A stretch of DNA of 63,780 nt, counting the filler, from Octopus bimaculoides (taxonomy: Eukaryota): NCBI RefSeq assembly GCF_001194135.2. It is 6 parts of 6 records of this genome, joined end to end, with 100 filler letters (N's around TTAATTAATTAA, not from the genome) between each part and the next. Parts side by side here need not be neighbours in the genome. Positions count along the whole stretch, not along the records: positions 31,475 to 36,934 come from NC_068999.1; positions 37,035 to 60,642 come from NC_068998.1; 4 more parts are not named here. One strand, given 5' to 3'. Positions 35,405 through 48,050 of the stretch are shown piece by piece. Below the pieces are notes generated by a model that saw only the letters and a program-made list of their open reading frames with translations, had not been told where the DNA came from and did no database searches. How positions within the stretch are numbered: position 1 is the stretch's first letter; each line of letters begins with the position of its first letter. Made by a program: the position numbers and the translations under genes.

Positions 35405-35737
35405 AATATACTACCAGCACTCCGTCGTTTACAACGACGAGGGTACCAGTCGATTCAATCAACGGAACATCCTCTTCAAGAAATTAATGCACAAGTGGCC
35501 AAGCACTCCACAGACACATGTACCCTTAATGTAGCTCTCGGAGTGATTCAGTGTGACACAGAGGGTGACAAGGCTGGCCTTTCGAAATACCAGTGCTACT
35601 CATTTTTGCCAGCCGATTAGACTGGAGCAATGAGAAATAATGTGTCTTGCTTAAGGATACAACGCATCACCAGGAATTGAACTCACGGCCTTACGATTGT
35701 GAGCCGAATGCCGAACCACTAAGCCGCGCGACATCCC
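35405..35737 (-). mobile_element. tRNA-derived SINE sharing its 3' half with family C but with a different head and body
   Basis: 3' part matches family C; head GCGGCTTAGTGGTTCGGC...GAGTTCAATTCC, then tccttaagcaagacac. Confidence 0.75.
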
Positions 35738-35837
35738 TGCACAAATCTATGGCTTTGTACCTCTGTTAGAAGTTGTTTGTTAGAAATAGCTATTGTGTGA
35801 TAGAAATGGTAGCGCTAAACTGAAATACCTTGTATCT

Positions 35838-36265
35838 TTTAACCATATTTCTGCTTGATGTACACTGTCTTTGCTTCGGTGAATTTTGAAATCATCATTT
35901 AACACCCGCTTTCCAAGCTAGCATGGGTTGGACAATTTGACTGGGGACTGGCGAACCAGATGGCTACACCAGATTCCGATCTGATCTGGCAGAGTTTCTA
36001 CAGCTGGATGCCCTTCCTAACACCAACCACTCCGAGAGTGTAGTGGGTGCTTTTTACATGTCACCGGCACGAGGGCCAGTCCGGTGGTACTGGCAACAGC
36101 CATGGTCAAATGGTGTCGTTTATGTCCTACTTGCACAGGAGTGCCACCAAAATAACGAAGAATTTAATAAGACAACTTTGACATGATTAAATTGGTGTTT
36201 GGAACACACATTAAGATGAAATTTTGGTGGAAGGTTTTAATTTAAATTATTTTAAAACAGAACTA
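35838..36265. mobile_element. Second, degenerate copy of the piggyBac-type MITE, split by an RTE 3' end
   Basis: 36140-36260 is a reverse-complement homologue of 32600-32715. Confidence 0.6.
35890..36145 (-). mobile_element. RTE LINE 3' UTR (same family as 11827-12109)
   Basis: atcatcatttaacacccgctttccaagctagcatgggttggacaatttgactg. Confidence 0.85.
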
Positions 36266-36390
36266 AATGTGTGTGTGTGTGTGTAGATCTCCTTCCCTCT
36301 CTCTCTTGTGCTCTCTCTTTCTCTCTTTTGACCTCTCCCTTGCACTCTCTCTCTCTCTTACTCTCTCTTTTTTCCTCTCCTGCTCACTCC

Positions 36391-36436
<46 letters not shown>

Positions 36437-36458
36437 CTAGCACCCAGTACATTCTATA

Positions 36459-36630
36459 AAGTGGCTGGCATCAGGAAAGGGTATCCAGCCACAGAAACCA
36501 TGCCAAAGCAGACAAGTAGAGTCTGGTGCAATCTTCTGACTTTGCATCTCTTGTCAAACCACCCAATCCGTACCAGCTTAGAAGGAAGATGTTCAATGAT
36601 GATGACCACGATGATGATGATGATGATATT
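36459..36630 (+). mobile_element. RTE LINE extreme 3' end with (GAT)n tail
   Basis: ggcatcaggaaagggtatccagccacagaaaccatgccaaa...(gat)n. Confidence 0.75.
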
Positions 36631-37298
36631 GATATATAACTTAAACATACACCCCCTCCCCCACATTTTTTAACACATCCCTTCCTTGCTACGTCATCAC
36701 AGAGACGACATAGCATGAAACTTAGAGTGGTGACTGAAGTTTCATCTTTCATTAAACGTGTGTATAAGTATGTGTGTGTGTGTGTGTGTGTATGTAAGTA
36801 TAAGCCCGTGTATGTGATAAGTGAGTGAATATGTATGTGAACAGAATTGTATACATTATTCATGATCTGCTGGTTTTGTACAATTGGCTTTTCTTTTTTA
36901 GACTGCTTCACCGTATGTTATCTTCTGCATATATNNNNNNNNNNNNNNNNNNNNNNNNNNNNNNNNNNNNNNNNNNNNTTAATTAATTAANNNNNNNNNN
37001 NNNNNNNNNNNNNNNNNNNNNNNNNNNNNNNNNNATATATATATATATAAAGGTACATATATGTATATACATGTATACATATGTATATAAATATGTGTGT
37101 GCATATTTGTATGTATGTTTATATCTTTGTATTAGTGTGTGGGTATATTAGTGACAGGAAGAGAGAGATGAAAAAACTCATTCATCACAAATTCATAACA
37201 GCACAAGCGGGCGCACACACGCACTCACACACACGCACTCACACAAAACACACGCATGCATACATATATATCTACATACCTACCTACCTACGTATATA

Positions 37299-38193
37299 TT
37301 AGGTTGTTTCACATGAAATGTCGCATTTTTATGTCATTTAAAAACTCAATTTTGTATATCTTGCATTTAATCTTGACTCTTTCTCTTTCCCAACAATATT
37401 GGTATGCAAAATTCGTAACCACAGACCTTATGAAAATGATATCAACCAAACTATGTTGAGTGATTTTCTCGTATGAGTACAAACTGTGTCACTTTGCCGC
37501 AGAAGCTCTACGGACTATCATAACGGTTTTGTTGACCGCAGAATTGTTCAGAGATGGTTCCTAAGTTCTTGTTCAGGAGATGATAACCTTGAAAATAAAG
37601 TAAGTGATAGGCAAAAATCAGTTATTCGGCATGATGGATTAAATGCTTTGGTTGAACAAAATCCGAGAACAAAGGTTCGAAAACTTTCATCAGAACCCCA
37701 AACATCTCGCACAACTGTTTTGGACACCTGTGAAAAAATTGGAATAGTCAAGAAAACGGATAGGTTTGTTCCACATCAACTGAACGAGATTAAAAAAAAA
37801 ACAGACGCCTCGAAGTCTGCTCCTTATTGCTTTCTCGACTGGAGAAAGACCATTCGAAAAAGAAGCAGCCCAGACTAATGAATAGCGAAGGCCCAATTTA
37901 GCTCCACGACAAAGTTGCAAAGCCTGAATTATGAGATTTTGCAACATCCTCCCTATTTCCCTGATATCTCTCCTACTGATTATCACTTATTGAAGTATTT
38001 TGAACTTTCGTAAGAGATAACTGAAGCATTCGGACTGTTTATCACAGCAAAACATGAATTTTAAAGTGAAACGTTTCGTAAATGTCATAAATGAACATCG
38101 ATCATACTATGATTAAATAAATCAGTTCTCTAACACTTCTGAAACATTTTATTGTTACCTTCTAAATACGACATTTCATGTGAAACAACCTAA
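37299..38193 (+). mobile_element. Mariner transposon, internally deleted (895 bp)
   Basis: Perfect 25-bp TIR TTAGGTTGTTTCACATGAAATGTCG, TA at 37297-98 and 38194-95; HTH-region remnant, FVPHQL and PPYFPDISPTDYHL motifs; central catalytic region missing. Confidence 0.95.
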
Positions 38194-38509
38194 TACTTAT
38201 ATGTTGTTGTGTGTGTGTGTGGTGGTTGATGTGTGCGTGTGTCTCCGTTAGTGTACGTATATATTTAATAAGAGCCAATGAAACAATGCTCTGTTTTACA
38301 CAATTCAATCAAGTATGAGTGGATCAATTTAATAACTTCAATCAGATATGAACGGATCAATTTAATTACTTTACCTCTTTTGGTTTGGAGATATATTGAA
38401 TGACTGATCTGTTCAACTATATACTATGATCATGGTCATTTTCATTTTTTGTGTTACTTTTTTGTTGCCACAACAGTTGTTATTATTGTTGACTAGTCGT
38501 AAGTATGGT

Positions 38510-38850
38510 AGCATCGTTAGCACGCCGGGCACAATGTTTAGCGATATTCCGTCGCAACGCTCTGAGCTCAATTTCCTCGGAGGTTGGCTTTGCCTCTTAT
38601 CCGTTCTGGGTTGATAAATTAAGTAACAGTCAAACACCGCGGTCGATGTGATCGTATTTAAATCTAAAGATATATTTTCTAAAGGCGGCGAAAATGCAAG
38701 ATCGTTGAAATGTCAGACAGGATGCTTTGCTGTGTACATTTCGTCCTTCCGACCTGTGAGTTCAAATTCCTTTGATGCTTACATTGCATTTCGTCCTTAC
38801 ATGATGTGTTACTAATGCACCAGTCAAGTATTTTAGTCGATTAGTTTATT
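38510..38850 (+). mobile_element. Two tandem SINE family A copies (second degenerate)
   Basis: tcgttagcacgccgggcacaatg... at 38515 and aaggcggcgaaaatgcaagatcg at 38683. Confidence 0.7.
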
Positions 38851-40267
38851 CTTTATTTATTTATTCTCTCAGAAACGTCTCTCTCTTTCGTCGCTAGATG
38901 GATTATTGTGAGACAACTCACAACCTTAATTTCTCCAGGAATGCAGAAAAGTTAAGCAAGAGGTCAGCTTTACAGGCCGCTAGGCAAAAGATACACTGGA
39001 GCCTTTACACGCACGCCAATGTGTACATAGCTTATCCTTGGTCCTATAGAAACTCACGGCCACTGGACACTCAAGGGCGCTGGACACTCGGTACCCCCCA
39101 AACACCACCACTACCACCAGGCAACTGCTCTCTATGCACATACCTGAAGTCGGCACTGCTAGTAAAATCTTATCATGAAAACTGCTGTATAACTAAAATC
39201 ATTGATAGGTGGGGTAATAAACAGTTGTTAGTTGTACAGATGTTAGTAAATTGTGCATTAATTTACTCGACTAAATTCTAGTTCAATTATAACGTTTTCT
39301 TATAATAAATGTCAGAATTTACGACAAAATACAACTGCTATTGACAATAAACCGTAATGATGATTCCTGACATTCATAATATATATTTAAAGATAACATT
39401 TCATCAACATTGTAACATTTCTAGAAGGATATTGATAATAAAGGAAACGGAAAATTTCAATAACCTAAACTTTTTATCACTTGAATTCATCGTCTGGATT
39501 TAGCGAACGGAAGAATATTCAGAGTAGAAGATACGGTCGTTAGTGGGAAAAAAGCCCCAATATTGAATTTCTAATGTATTTTACAACTGGTTTGAGATCT
39601 GACATTTACAAACCAACAATGAATATTAGTGAATACTTTTGATAAATTGTTCTTTCGTACTTCCTTCTGGTTGAAGTGAATGATCTTGTGTCAAATAATA
39701 AACAGAATAAAACCTGCAATGAATTTGTGGCAAAATACATCGGATGATATTTCATCCGCTAATCTGGTGTTAGTTCGAAAGTTTGATTTATGATAATTGT
39801 GATTTGAGTTAATTTTACACATTAGTGATTTATATATATTATATTTGGCTCGGTACGAAGATAAAGGCAGTACATTTATCACATTCTTACGTGATATATT
39901 GTTCAATGTGTTTATCTGTTCTAAGTAAATAATGTATCTTGATTTTGTTATGACTCAGTATGAGGTTCAACATTGATCATAATTTTGCAGAGTTAACACC
40001 ACGTATTTAAGGTATAGGCGTCAATTCGTATCATTGTTCATTCGGAAGTATTTAATGTGCTAATCTACATGTACACTGGAATATTTATTGTCAGTGAAGA
40101 TATGTTTAACTTCAAAGACAATCGGAAGGCTTATAGATCAATGTCAAAACAAAATTAGGTGTAGTTAGTTTTCACTACCTGAAACATGATTGTGATCCCA
40201 TTTATGGCATCATCATAGGTAATCTGTGGATAACCAACGCTGGTCGAATGTCTGAAATTCGCGATCC

Positions 40268-40430
40268 GTGTTGGTGTGTTTACGTCCCCGTAAATCAGCG
40301 GTTCAGCAGAAAGAGCCCGACAGGAATAAGCACAAGGCTTTAAAAAACGTAAGTACTCAGGTCGTTTCACTCGACTAAAATTTTTTCAAAGCGGGGCCCC
40401 AGCATGACCACGATCTAACAAGCAAAACGG
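40268..40430 (+). mobile_element. SINE family B, 3' half
   Basis: ggtgtgtttacgtccccgtaaatcagcggttc...gggccccagcatgacc. Confidence 0.75.
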
Positions 40431-41220
40431 AAGGGTGGAAAAGTATACATATATATGTATACATTCATTCATTCACATAAATTCTAACAAGAAAATTGTA
40501 TCTTACAATTTGCTTTTTATGATATTATCATTGGCTACAAGCTTCTATGATTTCAGTCTTTGTTATAAATTTTATTATCGCCAAGAAATGTGCTTTAAAC
40601 ACATACCTTCTATGAATCATAAACATTGAAATTCTTTCCAACATATATTTTTGAATGCTTTGCTTTATTTTTGTTATATTTCATAGCTATAGTGATAATA
40701 CAAGGAGATCGTTCGAATGGAAATTATAGTCTTATATTTTTTTATTCTGTCAGCATTAATGTCTATCATTTTGAGAGTAAATCATTTCTGTTTCCGTGAT
40801 ATAGGAAATCGATTTATGAATTGATTAGACATCTCTGGTTTTATATTTGATTCCATTTAATACAGGGCAAGTGACAGAAACCTACAATACGATTTCTATC
40901 ATTCTTTACGGTCTAAAATTTCGTATAACATCCGAGAATTTCGTGGGGGTGTTTACATGTCTAAATAGAATATTAATTGCATCGATAGCGCCTGACTTGG
41001 AGTGTCTGCGAAGGTCATAGACTATGCCCTTTCCGCCAAACTCAGCAAATTAAAAGAAAAGCATTTGCCTACTGGTCCAAATTAATGACAATCGTTAGAC
41101 ACATTAGTTTCAATTTTTGGCACAATGCCAGAAATTTTAAAGGTGCGTAACTGGTACTTATTTCTATCGACCCCGACAAGATAGGCAAATTCGATCTCGG
41201 TGGAATTTCTACTCAGAACG

Positions 41221-41418
41221 CAAATATGATTCTATGTTTAAGAGATGAGGAATTATGTACATTATTTACATTATTTACATTTGACGGGTATTTGTCCTCA
41301 TCTTGTTTGTTGTTAACACAACGTTTCGGCTGATATACCCTCCAGCCTTCATCAGGTGTCTTGGGGAAATTTCGAACCTGGGTTCTCATTCCTAAGGTAT
41401 TTTTTGATGTTGTTGTTG

Positions 41419-41454
<36 letters not shown>

Positions 41455-41526
41455 TCACTGCCTGGAATCGAACTCAGAATCTTGGGGTTAATAGCCCGCG
41501 CTCTTAACCACTACGCCATATGCCCG
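41221..41526 (-). mobile_element. tRNA-headed SINE-like element carrying a minimal hammerhead ribozyme
   Basis: A box TGGCGTAGTGG (41518-41508), B box GAGTTCGATTCC (41475-41464), (AAT)n, HHR, 3' hairpin AGATGAGGA/TCCTCATCT. Confidence 0.85.
41315..41360 (-). ncRNA. Minimal type I hammerhead ribozyme motif
   Basis: GACAC-CUGAUGA-A-GGCUG/gaggguauau/CAGCC-GAA-ACGU-U^GUGUU; predicted cleavage between 41320 and 41319. Confidence 0.85.
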
Positions 41527-43647
41527 TAAAGACGAACGAAATGCCGCAAAGCATTTTGATCTGTGTGCTAACGCTTCTGTCAGCTCATTGCCTTAAACAT
41601 TAGATACATTGCTTCTATAAACTTAATATTTCTTCTTTCATACATTTTGTAACAATTATTCTTGTTGTTGTTGTTGTAATTATGCCTAATTCCAAAACGG
41701 TCAAGTGAACTTATGATCAAATTGTTGCAGCAGTATTTACATGGTGTGGTAACTCATTATTTCATTATTTGTGTGTGTCTGTGTCCGTGTATGAGTGTGT
41801 GTGTCTGTGTGTATCTGTGTGTGAGTGTGTGAGCGTTTGCGTGTGTGTGCCTGTATGTATATTGTCACGTAGATCATCACAATAAAGTTGTCTCTTCTCT
41901 CTTTGTCTCTTACTCGCCATAAGTCTGGTGCCATATTTAAAGGGCTTTAAATTAATAAGCCTGTTTAAGCATCCCCGAATATGTTTTCAGTATACAGACC
42001 GACAGTCAGACGGGTGGACGGACGGACGGACAGGCAGACAGACAAACAGAAAAATAAATAGAGTGATAGTTTTGAAGACTCAGCTGAGTGACATTTTAGA
42101 GAATCAATTCACAGATTCAAAGATGTCATTCATTCGTCTAGTATCAAATTTAATCTATCGTATTTTACAAGGTGTTTTCCTTTCTCGTATACACAGCGAA
42201 AGAGAAACGTATACAAGGTCTTGTTCCTTAATATCAAGATTATAAAGACAAGGAGCACTCACTCGTAATTCAATTAGAAATAATCCCTTGTGAAACTATC
42301 TCTATCTCGTTGCTCGGCATATTAGTCAGTTCCCCCTCAGTGTCATATACTACTATTTCCAAAGAAGAATGGTATTTATATATTCCCGATGTAGATATAC
42401 TATGTCTGAATATATACAATAGAAAGATATTCATTGCTGGAAAGGTTTTTTGCCAGTAGCATGCTCTGTAGAGATAATCACACTTTAAATCTCAGTTCAT
42501 ACCTCGGGTAATTAAATGATATCTATTTTCCTAAAGATAAAATGACTTTGTTAGGCAATTAAATGTTAAAACTAAAAGAAAAAAATCTGCTTTGATTGTC
42601 CATATGAATTTGATACAAAAATTAGATAAACGAATGGGAATCGTGATTAAATGCCTCGTTAAAAACACTCACGAAAGTACTGAAAACGAAATACTATCAT
42701 AATGTAAATGAAACATTTGCAGGTTAAAGTGGTTAGTAATAAACGATTTTAGTATTTGGTCTGATATGAAGCTGCCAATATTGTAATATAAATGTTGATT
42801 TCTTTGGACGTTCTTAGATGAGATGATTAAGGGAATTGGCTGAAAGCAATTCGCTTAATTCCTCTGCTATACAATTTTTTTCATTTCGCGGATTAACTAA
42901 ATGTCTCGTTCAAGAAGACAGAACTTAAACTAGGATTGATAGTGATGAGGAATGTATTGCATATATATATTTATTCACGTTATTGTCAGGCGACTTCATC
43001 CATAAGCACAAACGCACACATACACACACACACACACTCCCACAAGCAACCAACAAACACCCGCCAACACGCACATTCAGAAATATATATATTTGCATCC
43101 CAACATACGAACATTCGCGCTCATACAAACGTTTGTACGCAAACATAGATGTATGCCTGTGTTTATATATACTCACACGCAACAAATATATATACATATG
43201 TGTGTGTATGTATATATGTGTATATATGTATATATAGTAGAAGCAGCTCAGTTACCGGAATAAAACTTTAAGAGAGAAAGAAGTAGTCTATACATATAGA
43301 ATTGAACATATGCGTATGTATTTGTGCATCATGGATACAGTTATGAATGCATATAGAACGTGATGCTATCGCGTTTGTATTAAGCTATATGTGTGTGTAT
43401 GTGAGTACTCGTTAATGCGTGCCTTCATGTGTTGTGTGTGTTTTGTATATCTTTTTTTTTATTAAAATTTGGAAAGCGATAAATAAGATTTCAATACATT
43501 AAAATTTACATTTAAATGAATGTTAACGAACCACTCAAAAACCCGAGTTTAGCGCGACGTGTCCATTTTGTCGACCTATGACGGATAACAAACATAGTTA
43601 ACTTCAGCGAGATTGAATCTCTGCATGTGAATGCAGCATCAATTATT

Positions 43648-43872
43648 GGTTTCAAATTTTGGCACAATGCCAGCGAGTTCAGTGGTGGTGATAGTGGTAG
43701 GGTTTAAGTCAATTACATGGACACTATTGCTGAAGTGGTGCTTATTTTATCGCTCACGAACGGTGAAAGGTAAAATCAGCCTCGGCGAAGTTTGAACTCA
43801 GAATGTAAAAACAGACGAAATGCCGCTAAGCATTTGGTCCTCCAGGCAAACGATTCTGCCCGCTTACCACCT
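43648..43872 (-). mobile_element. SINE family A
   Basis: Reverse complement of family A. Confidence 0.8.
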
Positions 43873-43898
43873 TATTGCCCATTAATATCAAGTCCTAT

Positions 43899-44108
43899 TT
43901 AAGGTGGTAAGTCATCAGGATCGTTAGCACAACGGCTAAAATCTTAGCTGTATTTCCTGCGTCTTCACGTTCTGAGTCGTTATGCCACAGTCGTTATGTC
44001 TGTCATCCTTTCAGAGTCGATAAAATAAGTTTCAGATGAGGGCTGGGGTCGGCGTAATCGACTAGCTCCTCCTTCGAAATTGCTTGCCTTGTGTCAAAAT
44101 TGGAAACC
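43899..44108 (+). mobile_element. SINE family A
   Basis: taaggtggtaag...catcctttcagagtcgataaaataag...gtcaaaattggaaacc. Confidence 0.75.
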
Positions 44109-44900
44109 AACATTATGTTGGATTTATGTTGAGTTAGACGTTCGTATTCGGTCTACTATTGTTAAATATCTTGCAAATATTTTTGCTTCACCAATATTTC
44201 GTTGTGTGGATTTGAAAATATCTTTAAAACGTAATGTGTAGAACATATTTCGTGCATATAGTGATGCAAGAACAATGTCATTTCTTCATCAAACATTTTT
44301 GATAAGTAAAAAGCACGTGGAGTTAACTCTGTTATAATATAGAAAAAACAAGTTCTGGAACAAAAGGGCGCAACGGTTATGTTAATGATTGAAATTATTA
44401 TGCAACTGAGAAAATTAAAACATTAAATATGACTTTTACTATTTTTAATATTCGAGGAGAAGCTTTGTTTCATTTTAGCACTTTAAATGTTTCGAACTTT
44501 CACCTGTCATCTCTACTGTGTCACGCATATTTAAATTACAGACAGATTACATTCCTAATAGGGAAGCAGTGTTAAGACTGTGTAATTTGAATTTTAAAAT
44601 CGAAGTCCGAACATCTGCGTCTCTATGATTCTAAGATAAAGCTTATGGATTTTATGGATACGAATTCTTTAGGAAAGTTACTTACTGAGTAGAGGTCTTG
44701 CATTTGTATTCATCTGAAGGTTTGTTGCTCTTTTTTTGTATGTATTCAGTAGTCTAATGCATACACACATAGACACACAGAAACTCACACATACACTCTC
44801 CCATAGTAACCTATGTATGTATAATTATATGCACAAATACATGCACTTACATATACATACACGAATATAAAAACCAATATTTAGGCAACAATATATACAT

Positions 44901-44953
<53 letters not shown>

Positions 44954-45703
44954 CATATGCGTACATATATACATACACCGATCAACATACACACTTATTC
45001 ACTTATATATATATATATATATATNNNNNNNNNNNNNNNNNNNNNNNNNNNNNNNNNNNNNNNNNNNNNNNNNNNNNNNNNNNNNNNNNNNNNNNNNNNN
45101 NNNNNNNNNNNNNNNNNNNNNNNNNNNNNNNNNNNNNNNNNNNNNNNNNNNNNNNNNNNNNNNNNNNNNNNNNNNNNNNNNNNNNNNNNNNNNNNNNNNN
45201 NNNNNNNNNNNNNNNNNNNNNNNNNNNNNNNNNNNNNNNNNNNNNNNNNNNNNNNNNNNNNNNNNNNNNNNNNNNNNNNNNNNNNNNNNNNNNNNNNNNN
45301 NNNNNNNNNNNNNNNNNNNNNNNNNNNNNNNNNNNNNNNNNNNNNNNNNNNNNNNNNNNNNNNNNNNNNNNNNNNNNNNNNNNNNNNNNNNNNNNNNNNN
45401 NNNNNNNNNNNNNNNNNNNNNNNNNNNNNNNNNNNNNNNNNNNNNNNNNNNNNNNNNNNNNNNNNNNNNNNNNNNNNNNNNNNNNNNNNNNNNNNNNNNN
45501 NNNNNNNNNNNNNNNNNNNNNNNNNNNNNNNNNNNNNNNNNNNNNNNNNNNNNNNNNNNNNNNNNNNNNNNNNNNNNNNNNNNNNNNNNNNNNNNNNNNN
45601 NNNNNNNNNNNNNNNNNNNNNNNNNNNNNNNNNNNNNNNNNNNNNNNNNNNNNNNNNNNNNNNNNNNNNNNNNNNNNNNNNNNNNNNNNNNNNNNNNNNN
45701 NNN

Positions 45704-45739
<36 letters not shown>

Positions 45740-45999
45740 GTATATATAGCCATGAATAGATGACCGTTGATTGACTGTTTTTATGTGATTAATAATTGAT
45801 TAATGTTTAATTGAATATTATTGGATATGTAGAATGATGAAAATAAGATCAGATCATGAAAACAAATATATGAATCGACCTTTGGGAATCTATTACTGCG
45901 GTGATATGGAAGCGTGTAACCGAATAATATAAGTTGCGAAGATTTAAAGTGACTATGGACAGCAAACAAAATGAACGATTGGAGTTAAACAGTGAAACG

Positions 46000-46215
46000 A
46001 ATATAAAACATTATTTTCTACTCTAGGTACAAGGCCCAAAATTTTAGGTGGAGGGGGCAGTCTATTAGATCAACCCTAGTATCCAACTAGTACTTAATTT
46101 ACCGACCCCGAAAAAGTTGACCACGGCGGAATTTGAACTCAAAATGTAAAGACAAACGAAATACCGCTAAACATTTTGCCCGGCGTGCTAACGATTTTGA
46201 CAGCTTGCCGCCTTA
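46000..46215 (-). mobile_element. SINE family A
   Basis: Reverse complement of family A, small core deletion. Confidence 0.85.
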
Positions 46216-47014
46216 CGAATAATACAATATTAACATGGTATTGCATTGAAAATGTATTCATAGAAATCGGAAAATAATAGAAATTAAATTCAAACGCATA
46301 AAAGAAAATATAACTCTTAAAAGCGTGGGAGTAAAAGTGTAGAGTAGTAGTGTTAAATAATTTTTAAAAACATAAACAAATTGTGATGATACTAATACCG
46401 GTAATCATAATAACAATAGTAATAATAAAAATGATACCTATATTTTATGAAAAATTTTCAGCTATTTTAAAAAATGGTCTAGTGATGTTAAAAAAACATT
46501 CTATATGATTTCAACAAATGTATTTTTAAAAAAGTCTCCTTAAAAGTTTTTATTGATGACGAGTTATTTTCCAACAAAAGTTTTTAAATATTCTTCAATA
46601 GAATTATCAAGAGATTTTGAAAAAATAATTCAACAAATATATTTTTCATGCGAAATAGCAGGGCCAAAAGAATTTGGGGAGTGAAATTCATAAAGTTAAG
46701 TGTATAAAGAATGGAAGATAATGATTTAATATAAGAAATAATAGCTGGAAGTTGAAAAATAGTGATGGATATGAAAATAGTAACAGTGAAGAAGCTAATA
46801 AATTAATGATGGGGATGCTGAAAATAGGACATATTTTTAGAAAAGTCGGGGACGAAGACGTTAAAGATGCGATTGTTGTATGTTCTATACATATGTGTAT
46901 ACACATAAGTCGGTTAACGCATTTTGGTTTAAGGTAATATCACTGCATAAAAGAAGATACGAGCAGTGATAAAAATAGGATATTAAAGGAAATTGCATGT
47001 TACGAAATTGATAT

Positions 47015-47349
47015 CAGTGGTTCTCAACCAGTGCCCAAATTGTCCCTGAAGGTCCATATACGATTTGGTGGGGTTGGGGATCAACGTAAGAAAATAGTGA
47101 TTTGGGAATGCATAAGAGGTCCTGAAAATGTTTTCCTTTAGATTTATGTATTGGTATTTATTGCAAAAAACCACTAGGTTTCTTTATCTAACATTTCACA
47201 TATATTATAACCTACACGGAAAACAAAATAGGAACTTTGAGAGAAGTTTCTATAAAACTAATTTTTAAACATTGAATGACTATGAGAGTCCACCAGAATG
47301 AAATAGTAATCAAAGGAGTCCATAAGCCAAAAATGGTTGAGGACTCCTG
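47015..47349. mobile_element. hAT (Charlie-like) MITE
   Basis: TIR CAGTGGTTCTCAACC / GGTTGAGGACTCCTG; degenerate 8-bp TSD attgatat/atttagag. Confidence 0.75.
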
Positions 47350-47644
47350 ATTTAGAGGATAATTAATCGATTATCTTTTGAAGAATTTGAGAATGCGATT
47401 ATAATTTAGTAATTTTGTTTTCCTAGCACAGGATCGGCTTGTTAAAAGTATTTATAAAAAGATACTAATTCTGATGATGAGTTCCCGTCCGTGATTTCGT
47501 GCAATAAAATGGTTATGTTTTTCTGCGGTGCAGTAGTTTCTGTGAAAATGTTGACGTTGTCCAACGTTTTCTACTTCATCATGCCATGGTTTTCAAAGAA
47601 AAGATGTGCTTGACTAGGTTTGTGCCGGCTCTTATTCTTTTCTA

Positions 47645-48050
47645 CTCTAGCCACAATTTGGAGAGAGGGGGCCAGTCGATTAGTGCGCAACTGGTACCTA
47701 ATTTATTGACCACGAAAGAATGAATAGCAAAGTCGACCTCAGCGGAATTTGAACTTAGAACGTAAACGAAGACAGACGAAATACCGCTAAGCATTTGGCC
47801 CGGCGCACTAACTTTTTTGCCAGCTCGCCGCCTTGTTTTAAACTTTTGGCACAAGGCCATCAATTTCAGGGTCAGGGTAAGTTGATTACATCGACCTCAG
47901 TGAGCAACTGTTACTTATTTTATCGACTTTGAGAAGATAAAAGTCAAAGTTTCCCTCGGCGAAATTTGAACACAGTCCGCGAAGAGGGACGAAATGTCGC
48001 TAAGAATTTTTGCCCGGTGTGCTAACGACTGTGTCAGCTCGCCACCATGT
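47645..48050 (-). mobile_element. Two tandem SINE family A copies
   Basis: Heads end at ~47833 and ~48047. Confidence 0.85.

Larger units (their letters stand above)
41105..41595 (-). mobile_element. SINE family A split by a 306-bp insertion
   Basis: ...ctcagaacg| (41220) resumes as |taaagacgaacgaaatgcc (41527), contiguous in other copies. Confidence 0.85.

Noticed and set aside
41451-41526. tRNA gene
   Set aside because: Acceptor stem does not pair; it is a SINE head, as are the other tRNA-like sequences in the window
47550-47600. Minus-strand CATGATGA-AGTA-GAAAACGTT, hammerhead-like remnant
   Set aside because: Stem II is absent; at best a decayed relic that cannot be supported from this copy
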